From an uncultured Chloroflexia bacterium (lineage in GTDB: Bacteria > Chloroflexota > Limnocylindria > Limnocylindrales > CSP1-4): 64,000 nucleotides of DNA. The stretch spans positions 325,965 through 389,964 of the forward strand of contig CAWGVH010000006.1 in assembly GCA_963825995.1 (NCBI GenBank), in the 5' to 3' direction. The notes under the pieces are model-generated. The model was not told the DNA's origin. It saw only the letters and a program-made list of their open reading frames with translations, and ran no database searches. The first letter of the stretch is position 1, and each line of letters begins with the position of its first letter. The position numbers and the translations under genes are program-made. Below, in pieces: positions 21,087 to 29,437 of this stretch.

Positions 21087-21980
21087 TCAGTCGGCGTAGC
21101 CGAGGTGCCGCAGGAGGTCGCCCGCCTCGGCCTCGATCTCAGCCAGCTCCGAGGGGTAGAAGGTGCTCCGCCAGGTGCCCACCGACGAATCGTCGGCACG
21201 CTGCACCGCCGTCAGGAAGCGGTCGCGCGAGGCCCGGGCCATGATGCCCAGGAAGTCGAGGATGCGCTCACCCTCGTCCAGCGGGGCCCGCACCAGGGAC
21301 TCGTAGCGCAGTTCGTGATAGCGCGCCGGCCCGAGCCGAGGGCCTTCCGTCAGGCCAGTCTCGGTGTAGCGGCGCCAGGCCCATGCCATGCGCCGGGCGT
21401 CGCTGGTGTTCAGGAACTCCTCGCGCCGCTCAGGCTCGACCCAGAACTTCGGCCAGGGCCCGTGGAGGTAACCGCCCGGCTCGCGCTCGCCTGACCAGGC
21501 GTCCTCGGCACGCAGCCAAGGCTTGTGCATGTGCGAGGAGGCCGCGTCGCGGCCATCGCGGATGATGTGGATGAACTGCGAATCGGGAAAGGCTCGCGCC
21601 AGGAACGGGATGAGGAAGATGTTGGTGGGTGTCTTCTCGCTGAAGCGAAGGTCGCCGTCGCGCTCCACCCGCACCAGCCAGCTGTACACGAGCCGAAAGA
21701 ACCAGCGCGAACGCCGGTAGCCCCAGAGCTGCTCGTAGACGTAGCGGCCGCCGGCCTTGGTGGCTGGGGGCTCGTGGTGGTAGGTGATCTCCGGGATGCG
21801 GCCGAGGCAATCGCCCAGGAAGGTCGTCCCCGAACGGGCGGCGCCGATGACGAAGACGGGTCGCTGGAGCCTGGGGAAGATCGAGGCCGTGAGGCGCGCG
21901 GCCGTCATGGGCCGGTGCCGCTCGAGCTTGAGGTAGTAGCGACGTTCGGCGCGGTAGGTCTTCTGGGCCAGGCGCCACAT
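21087..21980 (-). CDS. PAPS-dependent sulfotransferase (Sulfotransfer_1/3-like), paralog A
   Basis: 5'-PSB loop VFVIGAARSGTTFLG and 3'-PB RDGRDAASS present. Start set at MWRL (residue 76 of ORF 21087..22205) by length-matching to paralog B. The ORF extends to 22205 (TTG), so the start is uncertain. Confidence 0.7.
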   Translation of the reverse strand: MWRLAQKTYRAERRYYLKLERHRPMTAARLTASIFPRLQRPVFVIGAARSGTTFLGDCLGRIPEITYHHEPPATKAGGRYVYEQLWGYRRSRWFFRLVYSWLVRVERDGDLRFSEKTPTNIFLIPFLARAFPDSQFIHIIRDGRDAASSHMHKPWLRAEDAWSGEREPGGYLHGPWPKFWVEPERREEFLNTSDARRMAWAWRRYTETGLTEGPRLGPARYHELRYESLVRAPLDEGERILDFLGIMARASRDRFLTAVQRADDSSVGTWRSTFYPSELAEIEAEAGDLLRHLGYAD

Positions 21981-22213
21981 GTCAGCGATGCCGATGGGCA
22001 GCGGCTCCGGGTTGGCGTCCGGCGGAAGGCTGGGGTCGGTGCCGCGTGGCGGGAGAGACTCGGCGCTGGCGATGGGTGAGCGCGTCTCCGTCGCTCCGTC
22101 CGCCACCGGCGGTGCAGGGTCGATCGTCGGTTCCTCAGTCACGCTCGTGGTCAGCAGCCTCCTGTCCCGTGGGGTCGGGCGGATGATAGCCGTCCTCGTG
22201 CACAATCGTCGGC

Positions 22214-23323
22214 ATGTACGCCGTCATCCTGGCCGGGGGAGGGGGCACCCGTCTCTGGCCGCTCAGCCGCGACCGCAAGCCCAAGCCGTTCCTGCCGCTG
22301 CTGGAGGACGGCCGCTGCCTCCTGGCGGCGACCGCGGCGCGGCTCTCCCCGCTCATCGAGCTGACCGACGTCTTCGTCATCACCGACGTGCGCTACGCGG
22401 ACCTGGTCCGCGAAGCGATCCCGGACATCCCCGCAGGTAACGTGCTGGGTGAGCCCGTCGGGCGAAACACCGCGGCCGCCGTGGCGCTGGCCGCGGAGGC
22501 TATCGACCGTCCGGACGATGAGGTCATGACCGTCCTTCCAGCCGACCAGGCTGTCCGCGACGCTGCCGGCTACCTGGCGGCCCTCCAGGCAGCTTCCGAG
22601 CGAGCCGCAGGCGGCGACATGGTCACGCTCGGCATCGAGCCCACGTGGCCCTCGACGGGCTACGGCTACGTCGTCGCCGAGGGCCCGGCTCGAGCGCACG
22701 CCGGCCGGCCCACGTATCGAGTGGCGCGCTTCGAGGAGAAGCCCACGCCGCAGCGAGCCGCCGAGCTCCTCGCTGAAGGCGCCGCCTACTGGAACGCCGG
22801 CATCTTCGTGTGGCGCCGGGACGTCGTGCGATCCGGCTTGGCGCGGCATGCGCCGGACATCCTGGGGCCGCTCCACGATCGACTGGCGGGCGCCGGCCCG
22901 GCGGCCGAGACCGCCTCGCCCGGCTGGCCCGGTGCCGACCTCGCCGAGGCGTACGCCGCGCTGCGCGCGACGTCCATCGATTACGCGCTCCTGGAGCCAG
23001 CGTCTCTGGACGGCCAGGTCGCCGTCGTGCCGGCGGCCATCGGCTGGAGCGACCTGGGATCCTGGTCTGCTCTGCGCGACTATCGGGACAGCGGCGGTGC
23101 CCCGCTCATCAGTGCTGAAGAGCCGGCGCGCGTGCTGGACATCGAGGGCCACGACGTGCTCGTGCATGCCGCCGGCGGCCGCCTCGTGGCCATCGTGGGC
23201 CTGGAGGGCGTCATCGTCGTGGACACGCCCGACGCCCTGCTGGTGGCTGCAGCGGATGCCGCCCAGGACGTCAAGAAGGTCGTGGACCGCCTTCGCGCGG
23301 AGGGTCGCACCGACCTCCTGTAG
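22214..23323 (+). CDS. mannose-1-phosphate guanylyltransferase-like sugar nucleotidyltransferase
   Basis: N-terminal MYAVILAGGGGTRLWPLSR nucleotidyl-transferase loop. 369 aa. Confidence 0.8.
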   Translation: MYAVILAGGGGTRLWPLSRDRKPKPFLPLLEDGRCLLAATAARLSPLIELTDVFVITDVRYADLVREAIPDIPAGNVLGEPVGRNTAAAVALAAEAIDRPDDEVMTVLPADQAVRDAAGYLAALQAASERAAGGDMVTLGIEPTWPSTGYGYVVAEGPARAHAGRPTYRVARFEEKPTPQRAAELLAEGAAYWNAGIFVWRRDVVRSGLARHAPDILGPLHDRLAGAGPAAETASPGWPGADLAEAYAALRATSIDYALLEPASLDGQVAVVPAAIGWSDLGSWSALRDYRDSGGAPLISAEEPARVLDIEGHDVLVHAAGGRLVAIVGLEGVIVVDTPDALLVAAADAAQDVKKVVDRLRAEGRTDLL

Positions 23324-23381
23324 GCGGCCGTGGCGGTCGGCTGACGGCGCACGGGTGCCATCCTCCAGCTGCGCGGCGACC

Positions 23382-24473
23382 TCAGCCGGGCCGGCGTATC
23401 GCCGCGCGGTACAGCTCCACGTAGCGCTCCACGATCCTCGGCGTGGCCAGCTGAGCCGCAAGGGCCTCCACGCGGGGGTCGGGTGCCCCCGTGGCTCCGG
23501 CCAACGCCATGCGGATGGCCGCCGCCAGCGGTGCTGCCTCGTAGGGCGTGAAGCTGCGCAGCGCGCCGGGCGCCAGCGCCTCGAGCTCGCGGAACGGCGC
23601 CAGGTCGGATGCCACGATGGGCCGGCCGGCCGAGATCCAGGTCGCCAGCGCACCAGACGCCGACATGAAGCGGAACGGGCAGAGCGCCACGTCCGTGGCC
23701 ACCAGCACCTGCTCAAGCTCGGCCTCCGGCAGGTAGCCCATGAAGCGAACGCGGTCGGCGACGCCGATGTCCGCGGCGTGCGCCTGCAACTCCGCGGCGA
23801 CATGGTCGCGGCCCTCGATGACGGAGCCCACGAAGAGCGCCGTGACATCCGGTGGGAGGTCGAGGAGAGCATCGATGACCAGGCTGTGGCCGCGCCGCCT
23901 GGTGAGGTAGCCGAGCAACGTGATGACCCGGCGGTCGGCCACGCCCAGCAACGCGCGCGCGGTCTGTCGGTCAGGGAGGCCGCTGCGCACCTCCACGAAA
24001 TGCGGCACGACCGCGACCTTGGCTGCGGGAGCGAAGCCCACCAGCCGCGACCGCTCGTCCTCGCTGTGGACGACGAGGCACCCCGCCGTCCGACCGAGGC
24101 GCCGCAGGCCCAGGGCGGACGGGGAGAGCCGGCTCGCCACCCGGCCTGCCGGCGGGAAGACGTCGTGCATCGTGACCACCAGCGGCACGCGCAGTGACCG
24201 GCGCAGCACCTCGAGTCGGGGCAGGCCACCGCTACGCAGCCCCCAGTCGGCGAGCTTCCACTGGAGGTGCACGACGTCGGCGTCGCGCAACTTCGCGGCG
24301 GCCGCCCACAGGTCGGACATGGTGGCTTCGCGATCACCGCTGTCAGCCTCGATGACCTCGAGGTCGGGACGTCGAGCAGCCTCCGCGGCCAGGATGGCCC
24401 CGTAGCGTCGCAGCCCGCTCCGCTCGCGGCCCACGTGCAGGAAGCCGACCCGCAGTGGCCGCTCGCCGCTCAT
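23382..24473 (-). CDS. GT4-family (group 1) glycosyltransferase, paralog B
   Basis: 363 aa from MSGERPLRVGF. ATG overlaps the stop of the upstream sulfotransferase (ATGA). Confidence 0.75.
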   Translation of the reverse strand: MSGERPLRVGFLHVGRERSGLRRYGAILAAEAARRPDLEVIEADSGDREATMSDLWAAAAKLRDADVVHLQWKLADWGLRSGGLPRLEVLRRSLRVPLVVTMHDVFPPAGRVASRLSPSALGLRRLGRTAGCLVVHSEDERSRLVGFAPAAKVAVVPHFVEVRSGLPDRQTARALLGVADRRVITLLGYLTRRRGHSLVIDALLDLPPDVTALFVGSVIEGRDHVAAELQAHAADIGVADRVRFMGYLPEAELEQVLVATDVALCPFRFMSASGALATWISAGRPIVASDLAPFRELEALAPGALRSFTPYEAAPLAAAIRMALAGATGAPDPRVEALAAQLATPRIVERYVELYRAAIRRPG

Positions 24474-25374
24474 GCTCCGCCGGAGCCGGGCAGATAGCCG
24501 AGGTCGCGCAGCAGCTCGCCATGCTGGTGCCGCAACAGCGTGCGCAGGACGGATCCAGCGAGCGGCCGCCGGCACCGACTCGCGAGCGGTAGATGGTGGT
24601 CGTCTCGCCGCCGGCCTTGCGGCGCTGTGCGGTGAACCAGCGGTAGCGCTCGGTGGCCGCGTGGTCTGCCGGATCGAAGTCGAGCACTTCCGGGTGCCAG
24701 GCCTCGCCGAGGAAGTCGAAGAGGCGCCGCGCCTCCGCCTCCGGGTCGGCCACGAGCCGCTCGTAGCGCAGCTCGAGGACGCGCCGCCCGCCCAGGCGAC
24801 CGCTGAGTTCCATGGCGGCGTCGACGTAACGTGCCCACTCGGTCCGCGCGGCCCGCGCCGCCGAGCGGTAGCCCCAGCGGTCCCGGAAGCTGGCCACCAC
24901 ATCGTGCCCATCGCGCAGGAGGTGGATGAACAGGGCATCGGGGAAGAGTTCCTCGATGAAGGAGAGATGCAGCGTGTAGGTGGGGTCCTTCTCGGCCCAG
25001 CGCGCCTTGCCGGAGCGGGCCAGGACCTCGGCCTGGAAGTCGGCGTAGAGGCCGCGGATGCGAGCCAGCCACCAGTCCCGCGGCAAGCCGTAACCGGCCA
25101 CGAGGGGCCAGTCGCGGCCGACGATGCTTTGCAGCGCACGCAGGAAGTGGGTCTCCTCGCCGCAGGAGATGCGCGGGTGCGCGTCCAGCAGCAGGCGCAG
25201 CAGGGTCGTCCCCGAGCGCGGCGAGCCGATGACGAAGATGGGGGGCACAGTAGGGGCGACGCCGGCCGGGATGCTGGCTGGCTCGCCGGCCTTCGTGGTA
25301 GCCGGCGTGTCCGCACCGGCCCCGCCGGCTGTCGTCGCCGCCTGGGCCTCGCTTTCTTCTGACGCCTCGGGCAC
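24470..25374 (-). pseudogene. PAPS-dependent sulfotransferase paralog B, split across two reading frames by an apparent 1-nt frameshift (genuine pseudogene or assembly indel)
   Basis: N part in ORF 24343..25500 (IFVIGSPRSGTTLL; IHLLRDGHDVVAS). C-terminal tail in ORF 24470..25567 (LLRHQHGELLRDLGYLPGSGGA, homologous to paralog A end GDLLRHLGYAD). Span is not a multiple of 3. Likely start is the GTG at 25374, preceded by GGAAGGAGG. Confidence 0.6.
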
Positions 25375-25487
25375 CGATCCTCCTTCCTGGCTGCGGCTGC
25401 GCGAAGAGTCTAGCGACGGGCGGGGTACCATCGTGCCCATCCGGCCCCGCCCTTCGCGGGGTCGTCGAGCGAGGAGGCTGTCGATCC

Positions 25488-26960
25488 GTGTCCCCAACAC
25501 CGCCTGCCGGTCCAGCCATCATCTTCGGGACCGATGGCTGGCGTGCCAGGATCGGGGAGGAGTACACCTTCGAGAACGTGCGTCGCTGCGCCCAGGGCGT
25601 GGCCGAGTGGGTCGTCAGCCAGGGCAGCGCGGCGAGGGGTGTCGTGGTCGGCTACGACCGGCGCTTCGCCAGCGAGCACTTCGCGACGGCGGCGGCAGAG
25701 GTGCTGCTCGCGCATGACATCCCGGTGCTCTTCGCCGCCGGCGCCGTCCCTACGCAGATGACGTCCTACGAGGTCGTCGAGCACGGTGCCGCCTGCGCGG
25801 TCATGATCACGGCCTCCCACAACCCCTGGACGGACAACGGCTTCAAGATCAAGTCGCCCACGGGGGCAGCGGCCGACCCGCCCATCCTGTCCGCCGTCGA
25901 GCAGGTCATCCGCGCCCGCGCCGGCGAACAGCCGCCGCGCCGGCCCTTCGACGAGGCCGAGGATGCCGGGGCCGTGGAGCGCTTCGACCCCTACGCCGGC
26001 TACGAGACCTACGTGCGCCGCACCCTGGACCTCGACCGCCTGCGTGCCCAGGAGATGCGCGTACTGGTCGACCCGCTCTATGGCTCGGGTGCCGGCTGGA
26101 TCGGCCGGCTGCTGGCGGGCGGCCGCATCGTCGTCGACGAGATCCACAGCGAGCGCAATCCCTGGTTCGGGGGCGTCAACCCGGAGCCGATCCGCCCGCA
26201 TGTGGACGAGGCCCTTGCCCGCGTGCGCGATGGCGGCTACGACTTGGGCCTGCTGCTCGACGGGGACGCCGATCGCGCAGGCGCTGTCGACGAGCGTGGC
26301 CAGTTCATCCACCAGTTGCAGTGCATGGGCCTGCTCATGTACTACATGCTCGAGCACCGCGGCGAGCGAGCAGCCGTCGTCACCACGGTCAACGAGACGT
26401 CCATGGCGCTCCGGCTCGGCGAGCGTTACGGCGTGGCCGTCCACGAGACTCCGGTGGGCTTCAAGTTCGTAGGGCCCCGCATGATCGAGACCGCGGCCAT
26501 GATGGGCGGCGAGGAGTCGGGTGGCTACGGCTTCGGCATGCACCTCCCCGAGCGCGACGGCATCTACGCTGACCTGCTGCTGCTGGACCTCTTCGTGCGC
26601 GAGCGCGAGGCCGGCCGGGCCCCGGCGTCAGCCGCCGTGGCGCACCTGCACGACATCGCCGGCCCCTCGTTCTACCTGCGCGACGACGTGCACACCGACC
26701 GGGCCTCGTACCCGGCGCTCAAGGCGCGCCTCCTCGTCGAACTGGCCGAGCATTCGCCGGCCGGCCTGGGCGGGCGGCCGGTGGTGCGCACGGCCGCGCT
26801 GGACACGGGCGACGGCTTCAAGTTCTGGGTCGACGATGGCTCCTGGCTGCTGGTCCGCTTCAGCGGCACCGAGCCCCTGGTCCGGGTCTACACGGAGGCC
26901 AGCAGCGCCCAGTTGCGCGACGCCCTCCTGGCTGAGGGCAGCAGCATGGTCAAGGGATAG
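25488..26960 (+). CDS. phosphomannomutase/phosphoglucomutase (alpha-D-phosphohexomutase)
   Basis: GTDGWRA, phosphoserine loop TASHNPWTDNGFK, 490 aa. GAGGAGG RBS upstream of the GTG. Confidence 0.85.
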   Translation: MSPTPPAGPAIIFGTDGWRARIGEEYTFENVRRCAQGVAEWVVSQGSAARGVVVGYDRRFASEHFATAAAEVLLAHDIPVLFAAGAVPTQMTSYEVVEHGAACAVMITASHNPWTDNGFKIKSPTGAAADPPILSAVEQVIRARAGEQPPRRPFDEAEDAGAVERFDPYAGYETYVRRTLDLDRLRAQEMRVLVDPLYGSGAGWIGRLLAGGRIVVDEIHSERNPWFGGVNPEPIRPHVDEALARVRDGGYDLGLLLDGDADRAGAVDERGQFIHQLQCMGLLMYYMLEHRGERAAVVTTVNETSMALRLGERYGVAVHETPVGFKFVGPRMIETAAMMGGEESGGYGFGMHLPERDGIYADLLLLDLFVREREAGRAPASAAVAHLHDIAGPSFYLRDDVHTDRASYPALKARLLVELAEHSPAGLGGRPVVRTAALDTGDGFKFWVDDGSWLLVRFSGTEPLVRVYTEASSAQLRDALLAEGSSMVKG

Positions 26961-26969
26961 GCAGCCGCA

Positions 26970-28073
26970 GTGAACGCGGATCCTGGACCTGGTACGAGCG
27001 GCGGCATCCTCGACGACCCCGAGGCCATGCGCCGTGCCGACCCGGCCGGCATGCTCGGCCTGGTCGCCGAACTCCCGGACCAGTTCGAGGAGGCTTGGCA
27101 TATCTCGCGTTCACTGGACCTGTCATGGCCGGAGCCGCGGGCGGTGGCCGTCCTGGGCATGGGCGGCTCGGCGATCGGGGGCGATCTCGTGCGGGGCATC
27201 TGGTCCGACCGTCTGACGGTGCCCCTGGAAGTCGTGCGCAGCGACGAGCTGCCGGCTTGGGTGGGCACGGAGACGCTCGTCATCGCCAGCTCCAAGAGCG
27301 GACGCACGGCGGAGACCATCAGCGCTCTCTCGACCGCGCTGGAGCGGCGCTGTCCGGTCGTCGTGGTGACCACCGGTGGCCCGTTGAAGGAGGTGGCACG
27401 GCATGCCGGATTGCCCCTCGCCACGTTCCCGGCCCGAGGTACGCCACGCTCGTCGCTGGGCTACTCGATGGGCCTGCTGGCCGGCATCCTCGAACGTGTC
27501 GGCGTCCTGCCCATCGACGGGGCCGAGGTCAGTGCCGGCGCCAAGGCCGCCCGTGAGATGGGCGCCCGCTGCGCTCCTGACGTGCCCACCGCGGACAACC
27601 CCGCCAAGCAGCTCGCCTGGTCGCTGGTGGACCGCTACGCGGTCATCGTCGCGGCGGGCTTCCTGGCGCCCGTGGCACGCCGCTGGAAGGCCCAGCTCAA
27701 CGAGAATGGCAAGGCTGCTGCCGCTTTCGAGGAGCTGCCGGAGGCGACGCACAACACTGTGGCCGGCTTCGAACAGCCCGAGTCGCTGCGCGACCACCTC
27801 TACGTCCTCTTCCTGGCCAGCGAACTCGACCATCCGCGCAACGTGCTTCGTGCGCGGCTCATGGGCGAGATCCTTGACGCCGCCAAGATCACCCAGGAGG
27901 TGGTCCGGGCCACCGGGGAGGGCCGGCTCGGGCAGGCACTCTCAGCCCTCACGATGGGTGACTACACGAGCGTCTATGTGGCCTTCACGTACGCCGTTGA
28001 TCCCAGCCCGGTCGCGGTCATCGACCACTTGAAGCAACGGCTGGCGCTGGCCGAGGGGCAGGCCACTTCGTAA
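26970..28073 (+). CDS. bifunctional phosphoglucose/phosphomannose isomerase (SIS-domain, archaeal-type PGI/PMI)
   Basis: SIS motif ASSKSGRTAETI. 367 aa. Gene order PMM then PGI/PMI. Confidence 0.7.
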   Translation: MNADPGPGTSGGILDDPEAMRRADPAGMLGLVAELPDQFEEAWHISRSLDLSWPEPRAVAVLGMGGSAIGGDLVRGIWSDRLTVPLEVVRSDELPAWVGTETLVIASSKSGRTAETISALSTALERRCPVVVVTTGGPLKEVARHAGLPLATFPARGTPRSSLGYSMGLLAGILERVGVLPIDGAEVSAGAKAAREMGARCAPDVPTADNPAKQLAWSLVDRYAVIVAAGFLAPVARRWKAQLNENGKAAAAFEELPEATHNTVAGFEQPESLRDHLYVLFLASELDHPRNVLRARLMGEILDAAKITQEVVRATGEGRLGQALSALTMGDYTSVYVAFTYAVDPSPVAVIDHLKQRLALAEGQATS

Positions 28074-28216
28074 CCCATCCGGCCCTGTCGTTTGCTGGAG
28101 GACTCGCTAGTCTAGGAGGCCAGGGATCGGTGACCGGTCGCGGCGGCTGCCCTGGCCCCGCCCGGCACCAGGCATGGGCCACCGAGCGGACGTCGGCGGG
28201 CCGGAGGTGTGGATCG

Positions 28217-28504
28217 ATGCACTCCAGCGTCATCGGCAAGATCGAGAAGGCGCATCGCTACGCTCGTGAGCGCGATCGCATCACCGTCGAGCGCCTGGCG
28301 GTCACGTTCGCCGGCGACAACGATGCTCATCGTGTCGTCCTCGAGGCCGATGAGTGGCAGTGCAACTGCCACTACTTCGAAAGTTGGAAGACGTGCGCCC
28401 ACATCCTGGCCCTGCAGGAGATCCTCGGCGTCATGCTGCCAGAGAACGCACAGACATCCCTCTTCCCGGTGGCAGCAGCGGCCGACGAGGCCAGCGGCTC
28501 GTAG
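28217..28504 (+). CDS. small SWIM zinc-finger protein
   Basis: CxC...CxH pattern WQCNCHYFESWKTCAHILA. 95 aa from Met at residue 30 of ORF 28130..28504. GGAGGTG RBS 6 nt upstream. Confidence 0.5.
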   Translation: MHSSVIGKIEKAHRYARERDRITVERLAVTFAGDNDAHRVVLEADEWQCNCHYFESWKTCAHILALQEILGVMLPENAQTSLFPVAAAADEASGS

Positions 28505-28544
28505 CCGCCGGCCTCGCGACCCGCGCCCGACCGGGCCCGTTGGA

Positions 28545-29423
28545 CTACGTGACGTCCAACAAGTAGAACGTCCGCATCCAGCCGCGCTCGCGGTCGAACT
28601 CGACTTCCAGGTCCAGCCGCCAGCGTCCCGGCATCGGCGGCTCGAGGCCCTTCAGGCTGACGACGCCAGCCAGGGGCTCCGTGAGGGCGGCCTCGCTTCG
28701 GACGGTATCCAGGGCCGGTTCGTCAACGGGCGTCAGGCGCCCATCCCAGGCCACGATGGCCGATCCGTCCGCTGCCTGCGCCGTGAGCAGGTCACCGACC
28801 TTGGCTTCGAGCACCGGCAGTGTCTCCGCTGGAGGCGGGTTGCCGACGTCGACGCAGAGGTAGGCGTAGCAGCCACTGCCCGACTGCCCCGCCGTGGATC
28901 CGGCGCTCGAGCCGACCACGATGTCCGGTGCCGGGATGTCGTAGAGGCCATCCAGAGGTGCCGGGCGGTCAGGCACGTCGACGACCCAGGCGTGCTGGCT
29001 GGCAACTCCATGCCCGATCGTGACATCGGCCACGACGAGGTGGCTTCCGACTCCATCAGGACCCTCGAACGTCAGGGCGCCGTCCGACAGGGGCTCGTCC
29101 GCCCCCGGCGCCCCACGCGGCAGTGCCGTCACGATGAGCGCCGTGATGGCCGCGCCACCGTCGATCTCCAGGACCAGGGGCGCACCACGCACGACGGTGC
29201 CCAGCGGCTGATCTCCTGGGGGTGCCGTGGCCGGATCGTCCACGCTGCCTCCAGCTACACGACCGAACGGGCCACGCAGCCAGACCGTCGGTGGCGCTGT
29301 GACCGGCGCCGCGCTGGCCCCGGGGGCGTCAGGGACGGCCGGCGGTGGGGTGTCCTGTCCGCCGGCCCTGGCGGTGGGGACCAGGGCCTGCACGAGGAGG
29401 AGCGATACGAACGCGTGTGCCAT
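28545..29423 (-). CDS. secreted hypothetical protein (signal peptide MAHAFVSLLLVQALVPTARA)
   Basis: Pro/Ala-rich after the signal peptide. Co-directional with and overlapping the upstream metalloprotease gene. Confidence 0.5.
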   Translation of the reverse strand: MAHAFVSLLLVQALVPTARAGGQDTPPPAVPDAPGASAAPVTAPPTVWLRGPFGRVAGGSVDDPATAPPGDQPLGTVVRGAPLVLEIDGGAAITALIVTALPRGAPGADEPLSDGALTFEGPDGVGSHLVVADVTIGHGVASQHAWVVDVPDRPAPLDGLYDIPAPDIVVGSSAGSTAGQSGSGCYAYLCVDVGNPPPAETLPVLEAKVGDLLTAQAADGSAIVAWDGRLTPVDEPALDTVRSEAALTEPLAGVVSLKGLEPPMPGRWRLDLEVEFDRERGWMRTFYLLDVT

Positions 29424-29437
29424 CAATCGCTGGACGG

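Noticed and set aside
21981-22205. 75-codon N-terminal extension of sulfotransferase A (TTG start at 22205)
   Set aside because: Pro-rich with no motif. The MWRL start gives the same spacing to the PSB loop as in paralog B. Kept as a start uncertainty rather than a separate feature.
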